Below, piece by piece: positions 62,978-64,000 of a stretch of 64,000 nucleotides of DNA. The stretch is taken from positions 3,552,001 through 3,616,000 of the forward strand of contig OZ243972.1 in the NCBI GenBank assembly GCA_965214705.1, read 5' to 3'. Source of the stretch: Alphaproteobacteria bacterium. Its GTDB lineage: Bacteria > Pseudomonadota > Alphaproteobacteria > UBA828. Below the pieces are notes generated by a model. That model made no database searches. It had not been told where the DNA came from and worked only from the letters and a program-made list of their open reading frames with translations. Position 1 is the first letter of the stretch. Every line of letters starts with the position of its first letter. Made by a program: the position numbers and the translations under genes.

Positions 62978-63056
62978 TTAGCAAGGGATGAAACCTCCCG
63001 CGAGCGCACGGAGGTCCCACAGTAAGAGCCGCACGTCCTCCGGCCGGCTACGCTGG

Positions 63057-63560
63057 TCACGTTTCCAGCAGCACGTCCAGTTCGGATATCCGAAGGATCA
63101 GCATCGGGGGCTCGCGATCCGAGAACGGACGGAAACCGAACCGTCCGTAAAACGTCTTAGCCTGCTCGTCGATGGCCTGCACCACGATGGCGCGGGCGCC
63201 GATGACCTCTGCCGCAGCCTGGGCACGGCGCGCGGCGTCGACCAGCAGGTCCGAGCCGAGCCGCCGACCCTGGTAGGCACTATCCACGGCAAGCTGTCCC
63301 AACAGGATGACCGGGACCGGTTCGGGCATGTTGCGGCCGGCCCGCGACGAGAGCCGCCGCTTCTCGATGGCGCTTGCGGCCAGACTGTAGAAGCCGGCCA
63401 CCCGGTTGCCGTCGCAGGCGACATAGGTGCGTGCGCCACCTTTGGCTTCGTTGAGGCGTGCCTTGCCTTGCAGCCAGGCGTCGAGGGCAGGCACGCCCGA
63501 TGAGAATTGCGAGACGTCGTGCCGGGGGCCGAGTGGTTCCGGCGCTGCTACCGGTCCCAC
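63057..63560 (-). CDS. GNAT acetyltransferase toxin (TacT/AtaT-like)
   Basis: FSSGVPALDAWL, PEPVPVILLGQLAVD, QGRRLG, AKTFYGRFGF. Confidence 0.9.
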   Translation of the reverse strand: MGPVAAPEPLGPRHDVSQFSSGVPALDAWLQGKARLNEAKGGARTYVACDGNRVAGFYSLAASAIEKRRLSSRAGRNMPEPVPVILLGQLAVDSAYQGRRLGSDLLVDAARRAQAAAEVIGARAIVVQAIDEQAKTFYGRFGFRPFSDREPPMLILRISELDVLLET

Positions 63561-63805
63561 TGCGGCCGGCGTGCGTAACGTTCCTTCACGACGGGATCAG
63601 CTTCCACCGGCGTGTCCAGTGCGGCGACGAACGCGTCCCAGGCCTCATCGTCGAGGGCGATAATCGGACGCTCGTTCAGAGTCTCAATCGCCGCCGCCTC
63701 GCTCGACCGCAGCACGAATTCGGTCCGTGTGACACCCCGTATCGCCGCCGCGCGGTCGATGAAGGCGAGTCGCTCTTCGGACATCCGGAAGTTGACCTGG
63801 GCCAT
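63548..63805 (-). CDS. DUF1778 RHH antitoxin (TacA/AtaR-like)
   Basis: VNFRM...IDRAA...RTEFV...AWDAFVAALD; overlaps the GNAT gene. Confidence 0.9.
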   Translation of the reverse strand: MAQVNFRMSEERLAFIDRAAAIRGVTRTEFVLRSSEAAAIETLNERPIIALDDEAWDAFVAALDTPVEADPVVKERYARRPQWDR

Positions 63806-63853
63806 TGTGGCTTCCCTCGCGCGGATTGCGGACGCTTGACCTTCAGACCCGAG

Positions 63854-63882
63854 TGTATAGCATATGTATAGACAACTGGCAA
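63854..63882 (-). promoter_or_regulatory. Putative sigma70 promoter/operator of the DUF1778-GNAT pair
   Basis: Minus strand TTGCCA-N17-TATACA; TGTATAG direct repeats at 63854 and 63865. Confidence 0.6.
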
Positions 63883-63910
63883 TCGGGTACGCGTCCTGGA
63901 CAGCGTGACG

Positions 63911-64000
63911 TTAGTGTGGCGCCGATTCTCCGGCGAGGGCGCAGAGGTCGCGTAGGATGCGCTGGACGCCCTCCAGCCTCGCCTCGGTATCGGGCCAGCG
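63911..64000 (-). CDS. C-terminal 29 aa of a gene truncated by the window edge, possibly Mfd
   Basis: RWPDTEARLEGVQRILRDLCALAGESAPH* resembles the alphaproteobacterial Mfd C-terminal helix; too short to be sure. Confidence 0.4.
   Translation of the reverse strand, partial: RWPDTEARLEGVQRILRDLCALAGESAPH

Overview
GC-rich bacterial chromosome segment. Gene content and order (ruvCAB-ybgC-tolQRAB-pal-cpoB-tilS-ftsH-folP-glmM-thiD; lgt-MidA-pgeF-prs-rplY-pth-ychF; recO-parC) point to an alphaproteobacterium, probably Rhodospirillales-like (inference). Accessory blocks sit between the housekeeping operons: a CoxL/XdhA-type molybdoenzyme; an epimerase-racemase-methyltransferase trio whose racemase lacks both catalytic cysteines; an F420 block (two PPOX-fold proteins, an LLM oxidoreductase, cofE, cofD); a TPP-riboswitch-controlled ThiXYZ-type ABC importer; pxpA-aminotransferase-bioF-bioD without bioA; a DUF1538-DUF1538-PII-like-CBS module; and dxr-hpnC-hpnD without hpnE. 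There are three complete type II toxin-antitoxin pairs plus an orphan antitoxin-like gene. Three intact IS elements (ISKra4-, IS1634- and IS5-family) have readable terminal repeats and target duplications; two interrupt genes and one interrupts a putative promoter. Two small ORFs below the ORF-track cut-off (40 aa and 26 aa), a dif-like palindrome and a four-hairpin intergenic element were found by eye. No rRNA, tRNA or CRISPR array was seen. All family assignments come from motif recognition without database searches. The best candidates for poorly described systems are the DUF1538/PII/CBS module and the bioA-less biotin operon.
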